Positions 39,464 through 48,354 of a DNA stretch of 64,000 nucleotides are shown in pieces (within the stretch, counting starts at the first letter, position 1; each line of letters opens with the position of its first letter). The notes under the pieces were generated by a model that ran no database searches, was not told the DNA's origin, and was given only the letters and a program-made list of their open reading frames with translations. Origin of the DNA: Eubacteriales bacterium (GTDB lineage: Bacteria; Bacillota; Clostridia; Oscillospirales; CAG-272); the NCBI GenBank assembly GCA_045612385.1, contig JAZKYZ010000039.1, forward strand, positions 969-64,968, given 5' to 3'. Made by a program: the position numbers and the translations under genes.

Positions 39464-42294
39464 TCTTCTTCACCTGCCTCTGCCAAAATATCGTCCTGTT
39501 CAAACCAGTTGTAAACTCTATTCGCTTTGTATCGAGTACCGCTGATTCGAGCTGCTTCTTCGTTTTGCGGCAGACCCAGTGCAAAACCTACCGCAGGGAT
39601 TCCGCCCATTTCGCCACGGAACTTTTCGATTTGTCGGAGCTGATTCTTTTCATCCTCCTCAACGCCAACATCAATAAAGTAAACAAGCAAAATAGGTTTT
39701 CTGTCTTTTACGAATTTAAACCATGTATCAGAAGGATAAGTTTTGCCCTCTGTAAACGCATATCCGTGAGCACGCTGATATTCTTTGCGATACTGTGCTT
39801 TTGCGCTCTCAATAATTTCTTCAAACGTGCTTCCGTTAAAATCGATAATGCCGGTTCGTCCGTCACCGGGACCACCAAGCTTTCCGCGCTGACCGATGCC
39901 AAGTCGATCCGTCTCGCTATCGATAATGCAGTTTTTTCTTAAAACCTTAGGAATGATACGACCTTCCAAGTTAACAAGTAGTTGCTCATCTTGCGTAGGG
40001 GATCCTTCCATAAAAGCGATATCGAATAGATCTATCGAATGATCGGAACAGTTTTCAAGAAAATCTGCAATTTGCTTCGGATCAAAATTGGAACTGAAAC
40101 GCGAGATTTTAAGCTTGCGTATAAGTTCCACTATACGAGCTTTGGGAATATTGGGAATAATATAGTGGCCTCTAGCGCCCATATTTTGCTGTCTATCAAA
40201 ATAGGAGCCACCGGCAACCGCCTGTGCTACAAGCTGTCGCACCGCTTCAAAATTGTTTTTATGGGCTGCAGGATTTAAATGCAAGTATGGTGTTTCAACT
40301 ATGCCGCCAAAATAACTGGAAAACTCATACTCGTCCGTCGCGTTACGCATTTTATTATATGCGGTAATACTTAGCTCGGCAGAGTTGTTACGAACACGAA
40401 TGCCGAAATCACGCGGTCTTTGACCGAGATCACGCATCAGCGTCATATCGTCTTTCAACCGGTCTGTTGCCTCTGCGATTTCTGCGTACCATCTTGCGGA
40501 TGATTTGTGCGTCCAAATGCGGAAAAGATCATCATAGTTCTTTCTATATCCAAACCAGCGTCCCATCTGCATCAATACGTCATAGGTGCAAGTGTTTCTA
40601 TAGAAATAACTGACAATTAAGCCCTCCAGCGTTAAACCACGAGAAAGCGCCAAACCGCCAATAGCGATAACGCGAAGCGATTCATTCTTGGGGTATTCCA
40701 GCTTTTCCGAGTTTTTAGAGCTGTTGACAATTTTAATCTGTATTTTTTCAATGGAATCATATAGCACATCTACAATCCGATCCCAAGAAAATTCGCATTT
40801 GGAATAATGCGTATTCCACATTTCGTGCAAGTGCTTGATAATGGGATCCTGCAACGACTCGGAAAGATTATGACTTAAATTATATTTTATGGAGCGATAT
40901 GCTGCGCTATGGATCGTTTCAACTTCGCCTTTGATATATTTCTGCACCTTCACAAAACGAGAGATGTTGATCAGCATAGAGCGATGCTCCTTTAAGTCGC
41001 CTCTCAAATCACGAATTGCGTTGGCAAGATAAAATGTATAAATGGCGTCAGTTAAGCTGTCGGGGAGCTGATCTTCCCACTCTTTTTTGTGCTTGAAATA
41101 AAACGGATAACCGTCTTCTTCTTCGCGGCCTGCGTCAGTGATATATACAAGCTGGGAATGGTATTCGCCATTTTCGGCAAATATACGATTCGGACCGATA
41201 TAGTTACTGGGCGTGGGAAGTGCCACTATAAAGTTTTCAGGGAACAAATCCTGCGTCTCCATTTTTTCTGTGGTTTCCGGATCGATGAATACATTTGCAA
41301 ACGGTGTTGCAGTAAAACCAACATAATTCGACACAGTAAAAACGTTAGCAAGCTCGCGGATGAGCTTGTTGATTTTTGTCGGATCCTCTCTATTTGCGCT
41401 TGTGTTGATTGACGCATTATCTGCCTCATCATCAATCATCAACATAGGCATATCGATTTTCTTGGTAACGGGATCTGCGTTCAAGGTGATTAACCAATTC
41501 GTCAGTTTAGTTAACGTTGTAGTGTTCTTTTTTATGACGAAAACAACGGCGTCATGGTTGCTCGCTAAAGAGACTGCTATTTTATCAGCGTCGCCTCTGA
41601 AATCGCTGGCTCTTGATGTCATAGCCATGGCATGAATCGGTTGATTATCAAGACCTACGCCAACACGCTTACCACCGGTCTTATTCGCTGACATATCAAT
41701 ACCGATAAAGCCTTCTTCAACACGCTCTTGCGTTTGTTTACGGAGCGATTCGATAGTGCCCGTCAAAAGAATAAATACCTTATATCCGGCGTCTGCTGCT
41801 TTGCAAAGCAATCCTATGTAGGTGGATGTCTTACCGGACTGTACGTCACCTATTATCAAACCGCGTCTTAACACGGGGTGAGGGTAATGCGCAATAGGAT
41901 CCAAAATGTAGTTCATCAACTTTGAATCAAGGGTATCTTCGCCCAACGTGCTAACAATGCTGGGACTGAAATTTTTGGTATCGATAAGGTAATTTTTATA
42001 TCGAGTCCAAAACTTTGGAACGATATCTGCCTTACGATCGTCATACCAATTGTCTTGATCGTAATCTTCCAATATGCTTTGACCGGGATCGGCATAAATT
42101 TGAAATCTCCAAGTAATGTCTCGTTTTGCCGCTTCCTGTTCTTCAGGCGTATAACTAACGCCGCTGATCAAAATAGCCTGCTCGATCAGTTGCATTACTT
42201 TTTCTTCATTGAGAGAATTTTCGATTCCTTGTATTTCAACAAATTTTATTACAAAACCGACGAGTTTCGCAATTTTTTCAATATCTAAACTCAT
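39460..42294 (-). CDS. Z1-domain protein (SF2 helicase-like)
   Basis: GDVQSGKT, IDDEADNAS, YVGFTATP, LSRGLTLEGL, QMGRWFGYR. Confidence 0.92.
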   Translation of the reverse strand: MSLDIEKIAKLVGFVIKFVEIQGIENSLNEEKVMQLIEQAILISGVSYTPEEQEAAKRDITWRFQIYADPGQSILEDYDQDNWYDDRKADIVPKFWTRYKNYLIDTKNFSPSIVSTLGEDTLDSKLMNYILDPIAHYPHPVLRRGLIIGDVQSGKTSTYIGLLCKAADAGYKVFILLTGTIESLRKQTQERVEEGFIGIDMSANKTGGKRVGVGLDNQPIHAMAMTSRASDFRGDADKIAVSLASNHDAVVFVIKKNTTTLTKLTNWLITLNADPVTKKIDMPMLMIDDEADNASINTSANREDPTKINKLIRELANVFTVSNYVGFTATPFANVFIDPETTEKMETQDLFPENFIVALPTPSNYIGPNRIFAENGEYHSQLVYITDAGREEEDGYPFYFKHKKEWEDQLPDSLTDAIYTFYLANAIRDLRGDLKEHRSMLINISRFVKVQKYIKGEVETIHSAAYRSIKYNLSHNLSESLQDPIIKHLHEMWNTHYSKCEFSWDRIVDVLYDSIEKIQIKIVNSSKNSEKLEYPKNESLRVIAIGGLALSRGLTLEGLIVSYFYRNTCTYDVLMQMGRWFGYRKNYDDLFRIWTHKSSARWYAEIAEATDRLKDDMTLMRDLGQRPRDFGIRVRNNSAELSITAYNKMRNATDEYEFSSYFGGIVETPYLHLNPAAHKNNFEAVRQLVAQAVAGGSYFDRQQNMGARGHYIIPNIPKARIVELIRKLKISRFSSNFDPKQIADFLENCSDHSIDLFDIAFMEGSPTQDEQLLVNLEGRIIPKVLRKNCIIDSETDRLGIGQRGKLGGPGDGRTGIIDFNGSTFEEIIESAKAQYRKEYQRAHGYAFTEGKTYPSDTWFKFVKDRKPILLVYFIDVGVEEDEKNQLRQIEKFRGEMGGIPAVGFALGLPQNEEAARISGTRYKANRVYNWFEQDDILAEAGEEE

Positions 42295-42295
42295 A

Positions 42296-43777
42296 TCATT
42301 CCTCCAACAGTTTAACTTTTAACTCCGGGAAGTTGTTGAAAGGTTCGGAATTGAAAAGTCTTTCTATAATGGATGCTTTGTCACTGTCTCCCATAGCTGC
42401 GGCCATCGAAATTAGAATGCGAGCCTTCGCTTCAATTTCAGCAATTCTTTCAGTATCAACGGTGTCTGCAATACGGTTCTGTGATTTATCAATGTAAATT
42501 TGCTGATATGGCAGCGCTCCTTCAATTTCTTCAAGTACCATATCGATGCGCGCCCATGTTTCGTCATCTACCTTAGAACGAATCAAATCGAAAATTTGTG
42601 CATCTCGATTAATAACAAACGTGTGCTGATCCTCACGTGTCTTGATCGGCAGCCATATATAATCGATTTTGTCATCCTCCGTATCTACACGGCCACGGAA
42701 CTTTTGCGCTTTTATTGCAATATCCATCGCCTCATCAACTGCTCTCGTCAAACGTTTGCGAATCGATGCAGGGATTCGTGCGCTCTGCTTTTTAATATCT
42801 ATCCCCCAAATGTCATCGAGGGAGTTGGGGATGTCAACACGGATGCGTGCATATTTGGTAAGCTCATCACGGTGTCTTCCGAACCAGTTACCCCAGACGA
42901 TCAATCGTTCGTTGCGGTACACGTAGAAACCTTGCTTGGAGCGGTAGTTTTCTATGCCGCCCGACAGACGCTTGTCTTCCGGAGACAAGTCTTTTTGGAA
43001 AGGCAAAACATACGGCTGGACGACAACCATTCTCTCGATGCCTTCAGAATCTTCAATCGGAATTTCGATTCTTTTTCTAACATTGGTTTTAATGTGATTT
43101 TCAAGGAACGGATCCATCCCCTTGAGCGCAAAGTTATTGATCTTTATATTGATTTTCGCTGCTCCGGCTTTGTTCAAAAATCTATGAAAAATTAAAGAGA
43201 GGTATTCGGCAGTTTCGTCTTGATAACGATTGAGTTCGGCGTATATGTTGCCGGATGATTTTTCGATCAAATCGAAATTCTCCCAGACAACAATCGTGCC
43301 ACTGTCCAAATTATCAAGCCACGAAATTTGTTTGATAGACGAAATTTCCAGCGGGGTGCACTCGATCATATACCAATCTTTTTTATCGAGGATTACATCC
43401 AAGTCCCATATATAAGCGGATACCTCACCATTTTTCTTGCTGGCAACAGTAAGTCTGCGGCACTGAGAGAGGGAGGCAGCCTTCAATCCCAAACCAAAGC
43501 GACCGAGATCGTCCTCTGCTCTGTGGCCACGTTTTTGCTCGCTGCCGTACTTCATGGCGTCAAACAATTCTTCGCGAGTCATACCATAGCCATCATCACA
43601 AATAGCAACATAGCAATCAAGCGGATCAATAGGAAAACGAAGCCATATATTATGCGCGGACGCACTAATACTATTGTCGATAATATCTGCAATAGCGCTT
43701 TCGAAAGAATATCCCATGGCTCGCATGGATGTCATCAATATATCAGCTGTCGGTTTATTTTCTCTCAAATTTTCCAT
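42296..43777 (-). CDS. MORC/MutL-type GHKL ATPase
   Basis: DIIDNSISA, DDGYGM, GRFGLGLKAAS, GFYVYRNERLI. Confidence 0.92.
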   Translation of the reverse strand: MENLRENKPTADILMTSMRAMGYSFESAIADIIDNSISASAHNIWLRFPIDPLDCYVAICDDGYGMTREELFDAMKYGSEQKRGHRAEDDLGRFGLGLKAASLSQCRRLTVASKKNGEVSAYIWDLDVILDKKDWYMIECTPLEISSIKQISWLDNLDSGTIVVWENFDLIEKSSGNIYAELNRYQDETAEYLSLIFHRFLNKAGAAKINIKINNFALKGMDPFLENHIKTNVRKRIEIPIEDSEGIERMVVVQPYVLPFQKDLSPEDKRLSGGIENYRSKQGFYVYRNERLIVWGNWFGRHRDELTKYARIRVDIPNSLDDIWGIDIKKQSARIPASIRKRLTRAVDEAMDIAIKAQKFRGRVDTEDDKIDYIWLPIKTREDQHTFVINRDAQIFDLIRSKVDDETWARIDMVLEEIEGALPYQQIYIDKSQNRIADTVDTERIAEIEAKARILISMAAAMGDSDKASIIERLFNSEPFNNFPELKVKLLEE

Positions 43778-43824
43778 GGTTGGTCTCCTTAGTTATAGTC
43801 GTCTATCGACGACTGATTTGGCAG

Positions 43825-44862
43825 CTACGCTCTCGCATAGAACGTATTCTTGCCTGCGCCGTATTTTGTGATATATCCGTCTGCGACCAGCTTCTTCAGG
43901 TGGCGCTCCACGGTGGATGCGCTGAGACTGGGGCACATTTCGAGAATGTCCTTCTTGGTGAACTTACCGAGTTTATTCTCAATGGCGTTCTTGACGGTAT
44001 CGATGGATGTGAGACTTACGATCTGAATGCGATCGTCGAAGTCGCGGTATGCGGCTATGATCGTACTGAGCAGGTATTTGACGAAGGATGCAGGATCATC
44101 CTGCTGCTCGTGCCAGCCGACCTGCGAGTCCTCCAGCGACGCGTAGTATGCGTCCTTGTTCTTTGCGATCTTGGCTTCCAGCGAAATGTACTTACCGACC
44201 TCGTATCCTGCGCGGTAGAGAAGAAGCGTTGTAAGCAGACGCGACATTCTTCCGTTGCCATCGAGGAAGGGGTGGATGCACAGGAAGTCATGGATGAACA
44301 CGGGGATGATCAGCAGCGGATCCACCTTTGCCTCACCGATCGCGCGATTATACTCGTCACAGATCTCCTGCATGGCCGCCGCTGTTTCATAGGGCGCCAT
44401 AGGCGTGAAGAGTGTGAAGCGTTTACCGGTCTCATCGGTTGCGCTGATATAGTTCTGTACGTTTTTGAATGTTCCGCCGAAGCCCGAATCGGTATGACTG
44501 AGCAGTATCTTATGCAGCTGCAGAATGTAGTTCGGTGTCAGTGGGATATAATCGAAATTCTCGTGCACGATATTGAGTGCATCGCGATATCCGGCGATCT
44601 CTTTCTCATCACGGTTCCGAGGTGTCGTTTTGTCGCTCATCAGCTGACGCAGACGTGTCTCGGTTGTGCGGATACCTTCAATCGAGTTGGACGCCTCGGT
44701 GCTCTGTACCTTTGCGATTTCAACCAAGCGCTCCAGCTCCAACGGTTTCTGCTGTATATATGCTGCTTGCTTTCCTTTGTACTCATGGATGAGGGTCAGA
44801 TAGTTGATAACCTCATTGTCCCATGTGCGATTAACAAGACTTGTGTAATCAAAGTGGCGCAT
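43825..44862 (-). CDS. Fic family protein with C-terminal winged helix
   Basis: Canonical HPFLDGNGRMSR; inhibitory SNSIEG motif. Confidence 0.93.
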   Translation of the reverse strand: MRHFDYTSLVNRTWDNEVINYLTLIHEYKGKQAAYIQQKPLELERLVEIAKVQSTEASNSIEGIRTTETRLRQLMSDKTTPRNRDEKEIAGYRDALNIVHENFDYIPLTPNYILQLHKILLSHTDSGFGGTFKNVQNYISATDETGKRFTLFTPMAPYETAAAMQEICDEYNRAIGEAKVDPLLIIPVFIHDFLCIHPFLDGNGRMSRLLTTLLLYRAGYEVGKYISLEAKIAKNKDAYYASLEDSQVGWHEQQDDPASFVKYLLSTIIAAYRDFDDRIQIVSLTSIDTVKNAIENKLGKFTKKDILEMCPSLSASTVERHLKKLVADGYITKYGAGKNTFYARA

Positions 44863-45033
44863 CTCGTCACCTCCAATAGTATTCTCATCAATTATACCAC
44901 GTTTGACGAGAAATATCAAGTGTTGATGGGAAACTTGTTGGCGATTTTTGTAAACTTTTTTCGCCCGTTCTCCTATTTATATATAAAAAGTTCCCGACGC
45001 ACCGGCGCCGAGAACTTCTTTTGGTGTGCTTAT

Positions 45034-45258
45034 TTAGTTGTTTGCCTTTGTTACAGGCGGCTGCTGCTCCTCGTCGAATCCGATGACGCGCAGGAAGTCG
45101 TCGAGGTTTACCAGCGTTTTGTTTCCGGTACGCACGCTGCGAACAGTGCCGTTCTTGCAGAGTGATCTGATACAGTTTGCTGTGATCGCTGACTCCGGAT
45201 CAGCCTCTTGGATGATTCTTAGTACCTCGTTGATGGTTCTCATTCTGTGTAATGCCAT
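45034..45258 (-). CDS. Excisionase-like winged-helix protein (copy 2)
   Basis: HRMRTINE...SAITANCIRSLCKNG...GNKTLVNLD, paralog of 26769-26972; AAAGGAGG RBS. Confidence 0.75.
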   Translation of the reverse strand: MALHRMRTINEVLRIIQEADPESAITANCIRSLCKNGTVRSVRTGNKTLVNLDDFLRVIGFDEEQQPPVTKANN

Positions 45259-45396
45259 AATTTTACCCTCCTTTCAGGGAAGGCAATTATCGCACACAAA
45301 ACCTCAAAAGTCCAGACGAAATGCACATTGTTTGCAAAGAGTTAGCAAACGCGATTTTACGCACCGATACCAAGCCCTCTCAAAATGGCTGCAAAA

Positions 45397-45429
45397 TTTG
45401 GCACCATTTTTGGCACCCTGTTTGGCACC
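45397..45429 (+). repeat. Putative integrase arm-type sites (right)
   Basis: Three perfect TTTGGCACC copies at a 12-bp period (45397, 45409, 45421). Confidence 0.7.
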
Positions 45430-45571
45430 ACGCCGTTTTTTCACGAGAAAAAAGCTAAAAATTTTAGAAAAGATAGCGAATTTTCTGCATTTTATGGTAT
45501 AATTATAGCGAAGATACGCAAGACACGTATTTTAAGCATGTCCTGCACGCAAGGTACGAATTCCGACTGTG

Positions 45572-45616
45572 CCTCCTAAGGGTTAGTTATGGGTTCGATT
45601 CCCGTTGCGGGTGCCA
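45572..45616 (+). pseudogene. 3' half of the host tRNA-Arg(CCU) (attR)
   Basis: CCTCCTAA-GGGTT-AGTT-ATGGG-TTCGATT-CCCGT-TGCGGGT-G-CCA, with no 5' half upstream. Confidence 0.9.
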
Positions 45617-45655
45617 TATAAAAGTGGACTTCTTGAAAGAAGTCCACTTTTATAT
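45616..45655. terminator. Host tRNA terminator
   Basis: Perfect inverted repeat atataaaagtggacttct-tgaa-agaagtccacttttatat. Confidence 0.8.
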
Positions 45656-45669
45656 TGTATTCGCACGGA

Positions 45670-45860
45670 CGAACCCACTTCACAAACAAAGTGCAGTGGA
45701 GCTGGGTTCGCATACCCCCATCCGAAGATCGACAAGCTCGCTTGTCAGGTAGCGAAGCGGTGCGAGCGTAATGAATGACATCACAGTGTGATGTCAGAAC
45801 GCGAGCGTGACCGAGCCGCAGCGAGACAGGATGTGGGTATATTCGCCTTTGGCGAAATTC
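45670..45860. repeat. Palindrome-rich REP/MITE-like element
   Basis: Nested hairpins cgaaccca..tgggttcg, gacaagc/gcttgtc, tgacatcac/gtgatgtca, ttcgcc/ggcgaa; non-coding. Confidence 0.5.
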
Positions 45861-46261
45861 CTGCTTTGTGTGCCATCCTGTCAATAGAATTGCGTGTGAA
45901 CATTGTATCTATTGGCTGGAAAGATGGCGTACCTTGCATTCACACGCGAGCGATTGTAAAGAGGGGCTCGTTCCCCTCCGCCATACCAAAGTAAGTACTT
46001 TATTTCTAAATATAATGAAAGCCGGGCTTGGTCTTACGACCAGGCTCGGCTTTTTTGTGGTGGTTTATCACAGAAAAAACTGTGTCAACTTAGACGATAT
46101 ATTTCCTTTCCTTCCTTTTTACATTGTATAAAAACACAAAGGCAAACCAAAAGTAGAAAATTAAAAAAGAGTGTTGAAAATTTCATATCTATCGAATAAT
46201 ACATTTACATTCTCATTTCCTTACTGTAAAATAAAAATAAAATGCAAAAAGGAGCAAGACA

Positions 46262-46385
46262 ATGAAAAAACGAATAATATCCTTCTGTCTGGCAGTTGCA
46301 CTTCTGTTTGGAATGGTTTCCGTTTGTGCAAATGCCATTGTTCAACAGAATCCCGTACATAAGGAAAGCGGTACGGTAGAAGGCA
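46262..46385 (+). pseudogene. Secreted-protein gene truncated by the IS3 remnant
   Basis: AAGGAG RBS and signal peptide MKKRIISFCLAVALLFGMVSVCANA; the frame then runs into the reverse strand of IS orfB. Confidence 0.5.
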
Positions 46386-46832
46386 AGGAAGATGCACATA
46401 TCTTGCACGTTGTACTTATCTTTGAAACGATGAATAACTCTGAATTTTACGTTTGCTTTCACTTCCTTTCCAATTCTTGAAGAAAATTTCTCAATAGTTC
46501 ATTTTCCATTTCAAGACGTTTTACTTTTTTCTCTAATTCTTCTGGTTTACTTGTGGGGCGTCCTTTTTTCAGCGGCGCCATTTGACGCCTGTTGACTTCT
46601 GGGCAAAGTCCCCACCAAGACTGTATTGTGTATCTGCTAACGCCATATTTTGCACTTAATGAGCGCACAGATTTGCCTGCTTGCTGCTCCGCGACAACAA
46701 TTCGTTTGATTCCTTCCGGATAATGTTTCTGTCCTTTTCTGTTTCCCATACAAAAAACCTCCTGCAGTAGATATTTCTATTCTACCACAAGAGGCTTTTT
46801 TATTCAATGTCCGTTTTTATGGGTTCAGTTCA
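46385..46832 (-). mobile_element. Truncated IS3-family (IS150-like) element: IRL, orfA (46459-46749) and the first ~26 codons of orfB
   Basis: Minus-strand end TGAACTGAACCCATAAAAACGGACA; orfA HTH with LEMENELLRNF; orfB KFRVIHRFKDKYNVQDMC is cut off. Confidence 0.8.
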
Positions 46833-46837
46833 GGACG

Positions 46838-47617
46838 TCATCTCGTGTTTTTAAGGAGGCGGGCGTAGGCTGTGGGGGTTGTGTTCATTAATTCGCGGAA
46901 GGTACGGCTAAAATACTTCTGATCCTCAAAGCCACAGGCAAGGGCAATTTCCGTAATGCTCCTTTTTCCCTCCGTGAGAAGCTCGCAGGCTCGACGAATT
47001 CTTAATGCGCGCAGGTAATGTGTTGGGGAGACACCGTACACTTGTGAAAAAACTTTACGAAAATACCTCTCAGAAATGCCAGAAATCCGCGCGCCTTCGG
47101 CAATGGTACAATCGGGAGCTGTATAGTTTGACATAAAATAGCGAACGCCCTCGCTCACGATATGGAACTGCATTTCACGTTTTGAGGGGGTTTCATAGGT
47201 GACAAGTTTTTCAAAGATGTCGTAAAGCGTTCGGTGCGCGCGCAGACGATATCCCTGACGACGGTTTTCCCATTCTTGCAAAAGTGAGATGAATTGTGGG
47301 AGGAGAGGGCGAACATTCTCATAGCGAAACACCTCTGGCGAACGTGGCTCTCTACCGAAGATTTCCAAATCAAGAACGATGGTCTTTTCTGGGTCTCCAC
47401 GTCGAAAGAATGAAGTGAGTTTCGGCAAGAAAATCATACTGACATTCGCAAGGGGATACTCTTCTCTGCCAAAACGAATTTCACTCTGTGCGCCAGCTCT
47501 TTTGTAGATGATGAGCTTATGCGTTTCTTCGCCGACAATTCTGTGCTGCTGAAGTTGAACTTCTTGCTGAATATTCAAGATACGAAAGCAAAAATCTTCA
47601 CGATGAAAAAAGGACAT
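46838..47617 (-). CDS. AraC family transcriptional regulator
   Basis: C-terminal double HTH: SITEIALACGFEDQKYFSRTFRELMNTTP. Confidence 0.9.
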   Translation of the reverse strand: MSFFHREDFCFRILNIQQEVQLQQHRIVGEETHKLIIYKRAGAQSEIRFGREEYPLANVSMIFLPKLTSFFRRGDPEKTIVLDLEIFGREPRSPEVFRYENVRPLLPQFISLLQEWENRRQGYRLRAHRTLYDIFEKLVTYETPSKREMQFHIVSEGVRYFMSNYTAPDCTIAEGARISGISERYFRKVFSQVYGVSPTHYLRALRIRRACELLTEGKRSITEIALACGFEDQKYFSRTFRELMNTTPTAYARLLKNTR

Positions 47618-47886
47618 AGGTTACCTCTGTATTGTACTCTGCCTGAATAGGGGATTAGATTTTCAGGTATACTCGCCGTTTTGGCACGTCATACCACACC
47701 CAAAGCCATTTCAGTTATTCTGTTCTTATTGTAGCACCCTTTTTGTGAAAAGGCAAGAGTTTTTTTGAACTTTGTTCCCATTTATACACTTTCTACTTTT
47801 TTGAAAAAGCAATTAACGTGAGAATGTCCTTTTGCTATAATGGGTTTGAGATACCCGTCTCAAAACAACCAAAGTGAGGACGCATT

Positions 47887-48321
47887 ATGTCTGTCAAAAT
47901 TACTGCCGAAGAGTTTTTCACCGAGAAACTGGACACTGAAATTCCAATGCTTTAAGGCATTGATGAGATCTATCAAAACGAAGGTATCGTTGACGAGGGA
48001 TTTGGCGCCGAATTCACGCCTGTCCGTCATACACGGCGTCTGGTTTGGTGAAAGAAGGGCTGTGGAAATGTCAAGGCGCCCTTTTGGGTGGTGATTGACC
48101 ATTTTGAGCCGAAGGACGAGAAGGAGCCTCTCTTTATTGGCTGGCGTCCCATTCACGCACCTGGCGACCACGAACATCAGCCAGCGCCTACGGTGATGTA
48201 TTCCTATCGTGGGAAGGAAATGACCGTCGCAACGCTTCTCTTCCCCACCCTCGACACTTGCCCCTTTAAGGGCATTTATGTTGACGAAAACGGTGAAATT
48301 ATTTTCTCGTTTTTAGTCTAA
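47887..48321 (+). pseudogene. Decayed, internally deleted gene (heparinase II/III-like C-terminus)
   Basis: GAGG RBS plus ATG; one frame continues through two internal stops (MSVKITAEEFF..PML*GID..HTRRLVW*KK..FWVVIDHF..APTV..TLLFP). Confidence 0.55.
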
Positions 48322-48354
48322 AAATTACAAAGCAACTAATTTTTTCACTTGGTA

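Larger units (their letters stand above)
24166..45582. mobile_element. About 21.4-kb tRNA-Arg-integrated element (phage-satellite-like defence island)
   Basis: 11-bp direct repeat CCTCCTAAGGG at 24166-24176 and 45572-45582, integrase, xis-like genes, P4-type primase, arm-like repeats near both ends. Confidence 0.9.

Noticed and set aside
43729-45165. 478-aa plus-strand ORF
   Set aside because: Antisense to the Fic and xis-like genes; no recognisable domain.
24166-45582. Calling the element a prophage or ICE
   Set aside because: No structural, lysis, terminase, relaxase or conjugation genes.
24356-45616. Treating the intact tRNA at 24356 as the restored host gene (classic attL)
   Set aside because: Its 5' half mispairs with the attR 3' half (C-C in the acceptor stem, weak anticodon stem), whereas the 24136 half pairs fully and follows the host promoter; arm-like repeats lie to its left.
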